Assembly (NCBI RefSeq): GCF_009914755.1
Contig: NC_060929.1
Source of the DNA: the human T2T-CHM13v2.0 reference genome, Homo sapiens
Reading direction: 5' to 3' (one strand)
DNA length: 64,000 bases
In this document: in pieces, positions 44,136-56,810 of the stretch
Layout: each line of letters opens with the position of its first letter
How positions within the stretch are numbered: the first letter of the stretch is position 1
Made by a program: the position numbers and the translations under genes
The notes under the pieces: generated by a model
The model's database searches: none
Told to the model about the DNA's origin: nothing
Seen by the model: only the letters and a program-made list of their open reading frames with translations

Positions 44136-46039
44136 TCTAATTATTGTTATATCAGTTGCTGTTTTCCCTATTTGGTAACAGAGAATACGGACACTCAGGA
44201 AGATTAAGTGGTTGGAAAGCCAGGATTCAAATCCAAAAACTGCCTCCAAAATCTATGTTGTTTGCACTCCCCGTTATTTTCTCCATGTTTGGGAAATAGA
44301 TCAGAAGGACAAGCTCAAAATTCTACTTAGGTACTCTAACCATGCACATGAAATGTTCTTAAAACATGAGTCCAGACAAATATAAATACACTCTTTTATC
44401 CTAAGCAGCATTATTATGGCATCTCTTGTGGTGAGTACTATGCTTGTTTCAAACCCACAGTAACCATGCTTGCTAGGGTACTCACAAATGAATTTCTCAG
44501 CACCAAGGGCAAAAGAGAGAGCAAAAGTGATCATTTCTTTTGCCCTTTTTTCTTTCTTTCTTTGAGTGGAAAATCCATGACCTCTGTGACCCTCAACCCA
44601 AAACCATCGCCCAAGGCTTGGTATAGTTAGGGGTTGAGGGGTATGGGAAGGGCTGATAATGTTAGAGAAAGACAAACTCCGAGCAGAAACAAAGGCCAGT
44701 AAACAGAGTGAAAGAAGCTTAGTAAGGGGGAAAGAAGGGGGGCCTAGAAGCAGAGAACAAGGCACAGAAACAGGACTTGGAGAAAGATTGAATAAATTGT
44801 TTGCTTGTGCTGTTTAGCAAAATCAGCTAAACTTGGCTTTCAAAAAGTTTCACACAAAATCATTTTCACTGATTATTTTTTGGCACAAGAAATTTTGTAA
44901 AATTTGGAAATTCACAAAGTGACACAATTTGCTAAAAATGCCATTCAACACAATTTGATGTAAACTACAGAAATGTTATTATAATTCATTAGGAAAACTT
45001 TAAAATGTGATAGTGTCCTGAAAACTTGGATCGGTGCCACAAGAATCACTGGCAGCTAAAAACTAGCATAAGAACTGAAATGCTCAGTCTATCTATTCAC
45101 AGGCAAATGTCATGTGTCTTTTATGTGGTTAGCTTCACTTTAATACCCTGGTGATATTTTGAAGCCATTTTTAGTCTTTCATTTTGTTTTTTTCCCATGA
45201 GTCAAATCCTATAGCCCTTACACATGATCCTGTATAAAATCCACATGATCTATTTACCAACAAGGAGGCCATACTGACTGCCTCAACTGAGTCCTGAAGA
45301 TCTGAATATAGATTCTACTGCCTCATGGTTAAAACTGGCTTATTCCTTGGTTTCTGTCTTCTTAATAAAGATAAAAGGGGCTAGTTTCCTAACAGAGTCC
45401 AGTGCTCCTAATATAATTCTGGGAGGTACGTATTATGAAATGGAAAAAAAAAATCCTGAATGAACATCAGACAAGCTAGAAGGCTATTGCCTCTTTGAGG
45501 GAAAGGGTTTTGTCTTGACCATCTAAGCAAAGACCGTAGCAGATAGTAGATGCTCAGTAATTTACAGGAAAGAAGGAAGGAAGGAGAAAAAGAGGGAGGA
45601 AGGAAGAATGGAAAGGAGGAATAGAGAAAGATTCGGTTCAAGTACTAATACGCAGCAGAGTGAACTTGGGCAAGTTGCTAACTTTCCTAAACCTGTTTCC
45701 TTGAGAATATAACACCTACCAGCAGTATTATTTATGTCAGGGCTTTAGAGTTGATCAGACATTTACACATACACTGTCTTCATCATCATATCATTTGTTG
45801 TTTTTATTTGTATTTCTAGCATTATTTTATATGTCCTATATAATAATGAAAAACAATTTACATTTCCTCAAGATAAATTGCCCGTGCTTTATAACTGCAT
45901 GTCCTCAGTCTTTCCACTCTCAACCTCCAGGTCTCCTGCCAAGTGGGCTCTTTGAAGTCCTATTTTCTAGAATCCCTTCTTCCTGACCTAGTGAAAATGT
46001 ATCAATTTAATGTACCCATTCTTCAGTCACCTGCTTTAT

Positions 46040-46572
46040 GCTTGATAATCTGATAAATTCATTCCAAGGTGACTGAAATTGAGTATTAATTCTTGGCATT
46101 CATTCCCACCCTCTGAATTACAGGCACTGGAAAGAATAAAACTACATTTCCCAGGCTCCCTTGCAGCTGTTCTGTGAGTATTCTGGATGCAGCCAAAGAG
46201 ATGCACTTGTGACAAATCTGAAACACAAGGGAAGCTATCTTCAAGTGGCAGCCGCACTTGCCAAACAAGCTCTGACAGTCACCTGTGCTGGCAGCTCTGG
46301 ACTCCACATCCTCCTCACTGCTCACCAGTGTCCTCAGGGAGAGGCCGCCAGGAAGTAGAAGCCGTGGGGGTAGTGGCCAGCACTTTTCTAACCACTCAAT
46401 TGCTGCAGCAAAGGAACAACAAGAAACCGGAAATCAGATGTCAGCAACCTGACTTCCATTCCTCCGATCTCTCCCCATGGTTTTGTAAATTCATAATCCC
46501 CTGTATTAAACTCTTTCTGCTTGAAGCTCCCAGAGCAATTTCTCTTTTCTGCACTGAACTTTGATTGATAGA
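46040..46572 (+). mobile_element. Old ERVL-type LTR (subfamily uncertain)
   Basis: 'actacatttcccaggctcccttgcagct' and a 3' end 'ATTAAActctttctgcttgaag...tctgcactgaactttgattgata'. Confidence 0.55.
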
Positions 46573-46649
46573 GTGACTTAGTGATCACTATAGGTTACAG
46601 TCACTCATCCCATCCCTTCTTCCTTATCACTGCCTTCATAATTATACAA

Positions 46650-46994
46650 TTCTCTTGTGTTATCCTCCAAGGACTGAGTCCAGGACCCTGCGGATACCAA
46701 GATCTGCAGATGCTCAAGTCCCTTACATAAAATGGCATAGTATTTGCATACAACCTGTGCCCATCCTCCCATATACTTTAATAATTTCTAGTTACTTATA
46801 ATACCTAATACAATGTCAATGTTATATAAATAGTTGTTACACTGTACTGTTTAGGCAATGACCATAAGACAAAAAAAAACACCTGTACATGTTCAGTACA
46901 GGTGCAACCATCCTTTTTTGTTTTCCAAATGTTTTTGATCCTCAGTCATTTGAATCTACAGATTCAGAATGCAAAGATATGGAGAGCTGACTAT
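46650..46994. mobile_element. MER2-like Tigger DNA transposon
   Basis: 'gatgctcaagtcccttacataaaatggcatagtatttgcatacaacct...ctgtacatgttcagtacag'. Confidence 0.8.
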
Positions 46995-47325
46995 ATACAC
47001 GTTTCATCTGCTTTATTTTAATTATTTACTCACATGTTAATTTTTATGTTTTCTACCCTATTGTATTTCTTTACACATCTAACTTCTCCATCCTTGTCAC
47101 CAAACTATAAACTTTTAGAGTAAACCTACTATGTCTCAGTCATTTTCCCATCCCTAGTGCCAGTGTCAATGTATAGTGCTTAGAAGGCAACTCAGTAAAC
47201 ACTTTGAACCACTTTTGGATAATATGTTTGCCTTCCTCCTTTTTCTATGGGGAAGGTTGGCCCTGTATGTGGATGCATGCATTGTCCGCATGGTGTTATT
47301 TATGCTTCAAGAAAAAAAGAGGGCC

Positions 47326-47377
<52 letters not shown>

Positions 47378-47398
47378 TATACATACACATGCATACAC
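47326..47398. repeat. Compound (GT)(TA)n(CA)n microsatellite
   Basis: Directly visible. Confidence 0.92.
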
Positions 47399-47514
47399 TA
47401 TCTAACTGTGTGTACCTATCTATCTTTCTATCCTCATCCATAGCTGTGTATGCAGGCAAAAATAACATGGAACACTAATGCAATTACCCATATTGGTCTC
47501 TAAAACAACTCTTT

Positions 47515-48300
47515 TAAGTTAAGAGACAGCAACAAACTAGGAAAAACTATTTGCAATTTACAATACAGTCTAATATATAAGGAGAAAATAGAATTCAAAG
47601 AGGGAAAAAAACCCTATTAGAAAGTGAGTAATAGTTCACAGAAAAAGAAATACAAATGACTCATAAATATATGAAAAGATGTTCAAATCACTCCTACATA
47701 CAAAAAAATGCAAATTAAAATTACATCCAGATACCATATTTCACTATCAGATTGGTAAAAATCCAAAAATTTGACAGCCCTTAGGGTTGGCAAGATAGAG
47801 AGAAATGGGAACAGTGATTCATTGCTGGTGGGAGTGTAAATAGGTATAATCATCCTGGAAGGCAATTTGGCAATATTTATTGAAATTACAAATGCATATA
47901 CTCTTTGACTCAGCAGTTCCAATTCTAGGAGTTTCTTCTACAGATATATTCACACATGGGCAAAATCATGAATGTGCAAGGTTATTTACTGCTGCAGTTC
48001 TTACAATAGCAAAAGATGGGAACAATCTAAAAGTTCATCAATAAAAAACTTTAAATAAATTATGGCACACCCAAATAATGGGATACTATTCAACCACAAT
48101 AAAAAAAGAAACTCAAAGAATGAGGAAGTTCTATGCTACTGATAAGTAAAAATGTGTAATATACATTGTTAAATGGCGGGGGAAAGATGTATTGTATGCT
48201 ACATTTGTTTAAAAAGTGGGGAAAGGAATGTGTGTAGCATTTGCTTACATAAACATTTTTTAAATCTCTGGAAATCTGCACAAGAAACTAATAACATGGA
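47515..48300 (+). mobile_element. Old L1M (L1ME/MC-like) ORF2 end and 3'UTR
   Basis: 'atatgaaaagatgttcaaatcactc...attgctggtgggagtgtaaat...tttgactcagcagttccaattctagga'. Confidence 0.75.
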
Positions 48301-49471
48301 AATACAACTACTATTAAGAAAAAGGTGGGTATTTAAGTCTTATTTATTTGAATTGCTTAATTCCTCTGAAGGCACAGCTTTTTACCCTCACTGGGATTTT
48401 TTTGGCCAGGGAGAGAGTCTGCGAAGTTTCCAAGTAAAGTGATTATTGCTTATCGAGCACTATTTTTTAAATTTATTGAAAACACATTGACAGTAGGCCA
48501 AACTAGGGGGAAAATACCAAAAATCTCTTCCTACTTAGAAACATTCCCATATTAATTTATATTTATTTCATTTAATAATCTGCTTTTTCAAAATGCAATT
48601 ACAGGGTACGTTTCATACAATGAATATCTGGGAACTCAGCATTCACTATCTAATTTAACAGTCTCCTCAAAATAATGTATATTTGCTGAGGAATGGGTAT
48701 TTTCTACTGGAGGATAGAGAAGAGAGAGGGAAAGTATCCCAGCTTGTAGGAGGGGAAAAACAAGAAAGTAGCAGTAAGCAGGTAGACCAACAGCCAGAGC
48801 AGGGGTGGTGTGAGGAGGGTGGACTTGGAGAGAGGAAGGAGTAAAGAAAGGAAGGTGAGAGGATGACTAATCAAAGGCCTGCTGCATGTTTTGCCTAGAA
48901 CCTTGCTGGTGGCAACCACCTTGGTTCCACACTCTTTGCTCCTGCTGTCGTGAATACACCTATCCTGGTTTGCAAATGTCCAAGATTACTAAAGAATCTT
49001 TGTTTTGTTGATCCAACAGGGAGTAACTCTTATTAAGCCTCATGAGTTTCTAATGAACACATACTGTATTTCATAGTAAGACCTAGTGCTTAAGAATTGT
49101 TTTATGTTTTTTTAAATCTCCACAGTACAATAGATAGCTATTTAAAGAGTAGAGGTTTAGGTGAGATTTTACATTGTTAAAAAATGTATTTTGCATTAGG
49201 TTTGTTATCACATAGAATGCATGTGTACATAAATACCATTTCTGAACCAGCTGGTTGACTTGAAAGCCCGGTTTCAAATTTTCAAAACTCCCATTAATAT
49301 TAATTGCCTACGTTGTGGCATCTGCTAAATAAAACCAATGAGAGTAAATAAAATAAGGAAAATCAATGGTACTACTATCATCATATGAATATTATGCCTG
49401 TCCATAGTATTCTGAAAAAGCCATTGTGCCTACATTATCCCAACCAATAGTCATTAGGAATTAAACCATTA

Positions 49472-49816
49472 TAGTCATGGGCTGTATAGCCATGTTTTGG
49501 TCGACAGACTGCATATATGATGACAGTCCCATAAGATAAAAATACTGTATATCTACTGTACTTTTTCTACATGTGGGTGTGTTTAGAGACACAAATACTT
49601 ACCAGTGTATTACGATTGCTTACAGTATTCAGAAAAGTCAGATGCCATATACAGGTGTGTAGTCTAGGATCAATAGGCTGCATTATATATAGTCTAGATG
49701 TATAGTAGGCTATACCATCTATGTTTGTCTAAATAACACTCTGATGTTCGCGCAATTATGAAATCACCTAAAAATGCATTTCTCAAAATGTATCCCTGTT
49801 AAGTGACATGTGACTG
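49472..49816. mobile_element. Tigger3a/MER7A-like DNA transposon
   Basis: Ends '(t)agtcatg...catgtgactg' flanked by TA, with internal 'gtcccataagat', 'acacaaatacttacca' and 'gtaggctataccatct'. Confidence 0.78.
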
Positions 49817-50213
49817 TATTTAAGTGCTTTAAGAATAAACTGTCAGCTGTGAAGAATAGCACATGTTCCTTTATATTACTCCAGCAAGTGGGTATTTAGC
49901 CCAGGTAGTAAAATACATATATGCTGCAGAGTTGAGGTTTCACTTGTGATGGTCACCAAAATTCTTCATGTCTGCTTCAGTACAGATTTTTTCATAACTT
50001 TTAAGTGTTTAATACTATAGAAACTTTACAGTGCATATGCTATGCATATAGAAATACTTTTCCTGCATGTTAAGATGACATGATGTGGTCATGTTGGAAA
50101 TCTATTTACATTCATTCCTTCCAGGTTCCCATAGTATTGTTGTTAAAGAAATATATATGGTACCCCATTCAGAGGCTGGCTGATTGGCTTCCTGGCTGAG
50201 AAACAGGAGGTGT

Positions 50214-50505
50214 CATATGTATATATGTATGTGTGTATATATATATGACATGCCATATATATAAATATATATATTTCTACAGCCATATATATATGGTGTG
50301 TGTGTGGGTATATATACATATGGCATGCCATATATAAATATATATGTGCCATATATATATATATATATATATACATATATATATGGCTGTAGAAATGGGG
50401 AAAAAGAAATATATACATATACGTATATCACTGTGATTACTATTTTCACTATATATATAGTTCTTTTTCCCCCATTCTACTGCCATATATATATGGCATC
50501 TATAT
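50214..50505. repeat. TA-rich low-complexity region with nested inverted repeats
   Basis: Perfect 23-bp inverted repeat at 50273-50295 / 50374-50396 and a near-perfect 34-bp inverted repeat at 50374-50407 / 50462-50495. Confidence 0.9.
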
Positions 50506-50944
50506 GAAGGAAAAAGAACAAAAAATGAGAAATGGGTATCCCTCAAAGGGAGGGGGAAAAAAAGGATTTGGCAACAGAGAAGTATCCACCATTTTGTATA
50601 TTTGGAAGTGAGTAGGCTTCAACTGTTTCCAGGTACAGAAACCACTATGGCGCAGCCATTGTGTTGCTTCATAAAAGAAGGCCATGAACTGGCAACGCTG
50701 CCTGCCACTGAGGTCACTTGGTCCCACATGAGCAAGGATTTTCATTCAGGGACATTGACACTGATCCTTTCTGTAGGCCCACCAGTGAGGTTTGTTCCAC
50801 GCTTATCAGTGTTCAGCCAAGATGCCTTGTCCTTACCATATCCTAGATAGGATGGTCATGATGAATGGTTGCTTCCACTGCTGATTCTGAATAGATGTGT
50901 GTGAATGAGTATTCCCAATTTAGATCCTGAGAGCAATAACTTCT

Positions 50945-51342
50945 GGTACTAGCCTGTTCTTACACTGCTATAAAGACATACCTGACACTGGGTAATTTAT
51001 AAAGAAAAGAGGTTTAATTGGCTTGTGGTTCTGTGGGTTGTCCAGGCTTCTGCTTCTGGGGAGGCCTCAAGAAACTTACATCATGACGGAAAGCAAAGGG
51101 GAAGCAAGCACATCTTTACATGACTGGCAAGAGAAAGAGGTGTGCAAAGGGGGAGGTGTTACACACTTTCAAACAACCAGATTTCATAGAACTCTGTCAG
51201 GAGACAGCACCAGGGGAGATGGTGCTAAACCATTAGAAACCACCCCCATGATCCAATCACCTCCCACCAGGCCCCACCTCCAACACTGGGAATTACAATT
51301 AAGCATGAGATTTGGGTGGGGACACAGAGCCAAACCATGTCA
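50945..51342 (-). mobile_element. MSTA-like solo LTR
   Basis: 'ctgctataaagacatacctgacactgggtaatttataaagaaaagagg...ggacacagagccaaaccatgtca' with TSD CTTCT. Confidence 0.9.
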
Positions 51343-53476
51343 CTTCTTTCCTTAAAAATGTCTCAAAATCCTACTGAAAGAAAAACTTCTAACATATAAT
51401 ATGACAAAAAATGTAACATATATTAAAACCATATCAACGAGGGATTTTAATAATCTCGAATATATTGTTTGGCCCTCCAGACCTGAATATTGAAATGATA
51501 GTCTTCCATTTCAGTGCATCAAAGAATTTCTTTTTTACTTGCCATACCATAAACATATAGCTACTTTATAGCTACTTTTTTTTCCCTTTTAGGCACACAT
51601 ATGTTGTAAAGAGCAGATCACTCAGCCTATGTTACAATGCATTGTAGGGAAGAGGGGATCCTATTTTCCAGGCTGGACTCTGCTTGTAACTTGCTACATG
51701 ATACTGAACAAATAACCTCACCTCTCTGAACCTTAAATTTCCAAAGTATAAAATGAGGGGTTAAGCTAAATCACCCCTAAAGACTTCTGTAGTGTAAACA
51801 TTTTATAAAATCACCACTGTGATTACTAGTTTCATTATTTCAGGTTGAAATCTGAAATCTAGTTGTAGGGATTTCAATTTGGCAGTGTTCAGCTAGCCTT
51901 TAGCGGTTTATCTGGATGGGCACACATAATGGTTAAGATGTCTGAAGAAGTACACAAAGTATTCTGTGGTTGACTTCGATAAGACAAAATGCTTTCTGCA
52001 GGGTGTGATTCGGATGAGCACACCAAGATACTCAGCCAAACTCATCTGAACTATCCAAACCCCATGATTCTGCAAACTGGGTTGCAGATCTTTAGAGAAC
52101 AGGCTTTCTCACAAGATTGCTGGCACTTTCTCTTCCAATCCCAGCCAGAAAAACAGTAAGAACAGCCTTTCTCATATCATTTTGGCATTTCTGGTCTTGG
52201 TCCAGGCTGGAAAATTAAAGTGCAAAAGCACTTAACTGAACATTTCACAAGGTAAAGAAATGTTCAGTTCAAGTTTAGCTCTCAAATGGACAAGGGGTTC
52301 TTCTTTTATTCACCTCATCAAAACCCTAGATAACAAAGAAATACCATGATTTATCTTCCACTTAAAAAATTATCTACTCTAGGTTCCATGTTAGAAGCCA
52401 ATAAAGCCCTTTTTGTGCCTCTGTAACAGGCTACACCAGGATATTGCTCAGAAGTGCTAGAATGTTGGTTGGTATCACTCAATTCAGATATCTCTACTTG
52501 AAGCCTTAAGTAAATAAATCACAGAAGAATTTTAATCAGGAAAACAAAAATGACTGTTTTAAAATGGAATATATACAACTTACTAAAGTTAACTCAAGCA
52601 TAAATATATATGCAACTTATAAATAATACACACTTGCTTTTAGCTCTCCCTTGTCACTCCCATATCAGCAGCACCCTTGGTCAGATTTGTGCCACATTTG
52701 CCTTGATTACAGTTTTGGTTTGCCTCTGTTCTCATTTTGGTTTTGGCCATGCACATGTGCAACCCTCATGAGGTCAGCTCTCGATGGCACACACTGCTCC
52801 AAGACGAGTTAGGAATTTCATTCTGTAGAGGTGATATGCTAATTTTGGAAATTTCTGTTTCCAATACGGAACTTGTTTAAATCACTGTCTTAAACATATA
52901 ATCGTTAAGCTATAATTCTAGCTCTGGCTATTGCCTTTTCTATTTACTAATTTTCAAGTTTACATGACCCTGCTCCAGCATAAATGCCTGTTATAAAATA
53001 CCTCCTTCAAAATTCCTAAGCTAAAAAAAATCCTTTTGTGTCTTTGGGATGGGCAATGATTTCTCTAATGAACACCAAAAAATTAATAACCATAAAAAGA
53101 AAAAATTAGTTAAACTTCACTAAAATTAAAACTTTCCAAAAGTCACCATTAAGATACAGAAAGGCAAGCCACTAACTGGGAAAACATATTCACAAAACAC
53201 ATGTCTGACAAAGTACTTGTATTAGTGTCTAAATAATTCAATAATAAGACAAAAAACATAATGATAAATGAACCAAAAATTTGGACAGACACTTCACAAA
53301 AGAAGATGTACAAATGGCAATAAGCATGTGAAAAAGTGTTCAACATCATTAGTCATCAGAGAAATTCAAATTCAAACCACAGTGAAAAACTACTACATCC
53401 TCACTAGAATGGCTAAATTAAAGAAGTCAACAGTACAAAGTGCTAGTAAGAATGTGGAGCAACTGGAACTCTTACA

Positions 53477-53712
53477 CAGGTTGAGTATCCCTTATCTAAA
53501 ATACCTGGGGACAGAAGTGTTTCAGATTTTGAATTTTGGGGGCATTTGGAATATTTTGATTATATGTACTGGTTGAGCACTCCTAATCCAAAAATCTAAA
53601 ATCTAAAATGGTCCAAAGAGCATTTTCTTTGAGCATCATGTCAGCACTCAAAAGGTTTTGGACCTTAGAACACTGTGAATTTCAGATTTTCAGGGTAGGG
53701 ATGCTCAATCTG
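53477..53712. mobile_element. Tigger4a/MER46A-like DNA transposon
   Basis: Terminal inverted repeats CAGGTTGAGTATCCCT...AGGGATGCTCAATCTG. Confidence 0.85.
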
Positions 53713-54220
53713 TATATTGCTGATGGGAGTGCAAATGGCACCTCTTTGGAAAACAGTTTGACAGTTTTTTGTTAAACATGTGTATACAACTCAGCATTCC
53801 AACTCATAGGTACTTTCCCAAAAGAAATGAAAGCATGTGCTCATACAGCAAGTGTACTTGAATGTGTGTAGCTGCTTTTTTTATAATAGCCAATGTCTTT
53901 CAACAGGAGAATGGATAAACCAGTTGTGGTATATCCAATCAGTGGAACACTACTCAGCAATAAAAACCACTAAAAGGACTAAACTGCTGATACATAGACA
54001 AAATGAATAAATTTCAAAAACATTTGCTCACTGAAAGAATTCAGACCAAAACAAAACCACACAGTGTGTAATTTCATTTATATGAAATTTCAGGGGGGAA
54101 AAATCTTATCTGCAGTAGTAGAAAGAAAATCAGTACTTTCCTGGTGTGGAAGTATTGAGAAGATAACAAAGTGGAAGTGGGAAGGCTGACTGATAAAGGA
54201 TATATGGAAATTTGGGGGGT

Positions 54221-54700
54221 TATGATGGTTAATTTTACGTGTTAGCTCGACTGAGCCACAAGGTACTCCAACATCCGGCCAAACACTATTCTGGATGTGT
54301 CTGTGAGAGTGTTTCTGGGTGAGGTTAACATTTGAATCAGTAGGCTGAGTAAAGCAGGCTGTCCTCTCAATGTGGAAGGGCTTCATCCAATCCATCAAAG
54401 ACCTGAGAAGAACAAAAAGGTACATTAAGAGGGAAGTCCTCCTGCCTGAGTATTTGAGGTGGGCCATGGGTCTTCTCCTGCTCTCAAATTGGAACTTAGA
54501 GCACCAGCTCTTCTGGGTGTCCTGCTTGCCAACTGCAAGTCTTGAGACTCTTCAGCCTGCATAACCAAATGAGCCAATTCTGTATGACATATACATTGTT
54601 AATAACACAAATAATATTATTTATTAATTAGTTGTTATTAATAATATAAAAACAGAACCAATAGATATATTCTATTTTCTGGAGAACCGTGCCTTAGACA
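54221..54700 (+). mobile_element. MLT2 (MLT2D-like) ERVL solo LTR
   Basis: 'tatgatggttaattttacgtgt...gttaacatttgaatcagtaggctgagtaaagcag...tctggagaacc' with TSD GGGGT/AGGGT. Confidence 0.85.
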
Positions 54701-54726
54701 AGGGTGGTGAAACAGTTCTGTATCTT

Positions 54727-55008
54727 GAAAACCAAATACCACATGTTCTCCCTTACAAATGGGTGCTAACTATTGGGTACACGTGGATGTTAAAATGGGA
54801 ATAATAGACACTAGGGAATACAAGACTAGGGAAGGGAGGGAGTGGGGGACAGTTTGGAAAAAACTACTTACTGGGGACTATACTCACTACTTCAGTGATG
54901 GACTCATTCATAATCCAAACTTCAGCATCACACAATATACCTTTGTAATAAGCCTGCACATGTATCCCTGATTCTAAAATAAAAGTTAAAATAAAAAAAA
55001 AGAAGAAA
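54727..55008 (+). mobile_element. L1PB-like 3' end with A-tail
   Basis: 'aaaaccaaataccacatgttctc...cagcatcacacaatatacc...ctgcacatgtatcccctg...AATAAA'. Confidence 0.85.
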
Positions 55009-55789
55009 AATTACTTTATGTTGGTTTTGGTAATAGTTTATAGGGATACGTGTGTATTTGTCAAAGCTCATCAAATTCCAAACACTAGCACAAGTAAGTT
55101 TGGAAAGGTTCTATGGATCTCCCCAGGCCCCACTTTAAACAGGAATAGAAAGACTTTCAATATGTGTGGTATAGAAAATAATTTCTTCCTATTACCTAAA
55201 AGGCCCTTACCACATGATTATTTCCTACTGGACATGTCTCAGTTACTGCAGCCGCTGGAGCTAAAAATTATATGTGTTTTTCCCTGCTTCAAGTCCAGTT
55301 ACATATATAATACATGTGTTATGAGGTATAGGTACTTAAGCAACTTAACATCCTTGAGCTTTAATTTGATCTGTAACATGAGAATAGTAATATTTAGTTT
55401 ATGTCATCAATATCTATCTTTCCAACACTATATTAAGCATGGAGAAGTTTGTTCATAACTGTAAGAACTGTCACGATTGTGTGATACCTGTACTATTGGG
55501 AAAGTCTCAAGAACCCACATTGCCCTCTTAAGAGCTTCCTTTCAATCAATGATCACAATAAACAAAGCAAATAAGGCCCATAAACCTTTATTTTATCTAC
55601 TTTGACCTCAGTCAAATTCAGAAATCTATTCATTCGCTCTGGAGTACTCAAGATGTGTGTGAACACACAATCCCAGTCAAAATATTTTATGCAGAATATG
55701 TCTTTCTTAGTCTCATCATTTATTGCTTCACAAACTTCTCCCCAGACTTTCTCCCAAGATTAAAGCCAGATAGACCATTGCTTTCTACA

Positions 55790-56530
55790 TGTATTTTACA
55801 ATTGTGGTAAAATATGCATAAGTAAAATTCATCATCTGTATTAGTTTGCTAGGGCTGCTGTAACAAATACCACAGATTGGGTAGCTTAAACAACAGAAAA
55901 TTATTTTTTCATTTTCTAGATGCTGGAAGCCCAACATCAATGTGTAGGTCTAGTTTCTCCATGGCCTCTCCCTCTGGCTTGCAGATGGCCACTTTCTCAC
56001 TGTGTCCTCACATGGTCTTTTCTCTGTGTATGTACATCTCTGGTGTTTCTCCGTGTGTCCAAATTTCCTTTTCTTATAGGACAGTCCGATTGGAATAGGG
56101 TCCACCCTACAGTCTCATTTTAATTTAACTACTTCTTTAAAGGCCCTATCTCCAAATGCAGCCACATTCTAAGGTACTAAGGGTTAGGGCTTCAGTATAT
56201 GAAATTTGGAGGGACACAGTTCTGCCAATAACACCGTTTTTAAATGCACAGTTCAGTAGTATTAAGTACATTCATGTTGTTGCACAACCAGTCACCAGAA
56301 CTCTTTTTATCTTGAAAATGTGAAACTCTATGTGTGTTTAAAAACCCTATTCTCCTCTCCCTGCAGCCACTGGCAACCACCCTTCTACATTTTGTCTTTG
56401 TGAATTTGTCTACTCTATGTACCTCATATAACTAGAATCATACAGCGTTTGACTTTTGGTAACTGGCTTATTTCACTTAGCATAATGTCCTCAAGTTTCA
56501 TCCATGTTGTAGCCCATGTCAGAATCTCTC
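55790..56530 (-). mobile_element. L1MB-like 3' end, split by an MLT1 LTR
   Basis: 'ttgtggtaaaatat...' resumes at 'cacagttcagtagtattaagtacattca...ctggcttatttcacttagcataatgtcctcaag'. Confidence 0.8.
55837..56233 (-). mobile_element. MLT1A/B-like solo LTR
   Basis: 'tgtattagtttgctagggctgctgtaacaaataccacaga...ggacacagttctgccaataaca'. Confidence 0.87.
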
Positions 56531-56536
56531 CCTGCC

Positions 56537-56810
56537 AGGATGCCAGTGTTGAAAAGGTCCCTCACTGAAAGTCACCACTCCAGCCAGACAGCCTCTCTGG
56601 GTTTCAATAACAGCCACTTCCTCTTGTGTCTTCAGGCCTAGGGATGGTAACAGTCTCCGTTGTTATTGGCTCCAGGGTCCTTCAAGCCCCTTGTTGAGTC
56701 CCCAAAGCCTGGCCACACCTTCACATTTGTGAAGTGGCGGTTTTATTAAACACTTCTCCACTTCTCCTGTTTAAGTATGTCATCTCTTGCCAGGACCCTG
56801 ACTGGCATAT
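56537..56810 (+). mobile_element. ERVL LTR fragment (LTR33-like)
   Basis: 'cttcaggcctagggatggtaacag...ATTAAA...tgccaggaccctgactg'. Confidence 0.55.

Larger units (their letters stand above)
53045..55075 (+). mobile_element. Old L1M 3' region hosting nested insertions
   Basis: Decayed ORF2 C-terminus (KHVKKCSTSLVIREIQIQTT) followed by an L1M 3'UTR, which is interrupted three times. Confidence 0.75.

Noticed and set aside
53268-53576. 102-aa ORF resembling the L1 ORF2 C-terminus
   Set aside because: Decayed L1M sequence running into Tigger4a, not functional.
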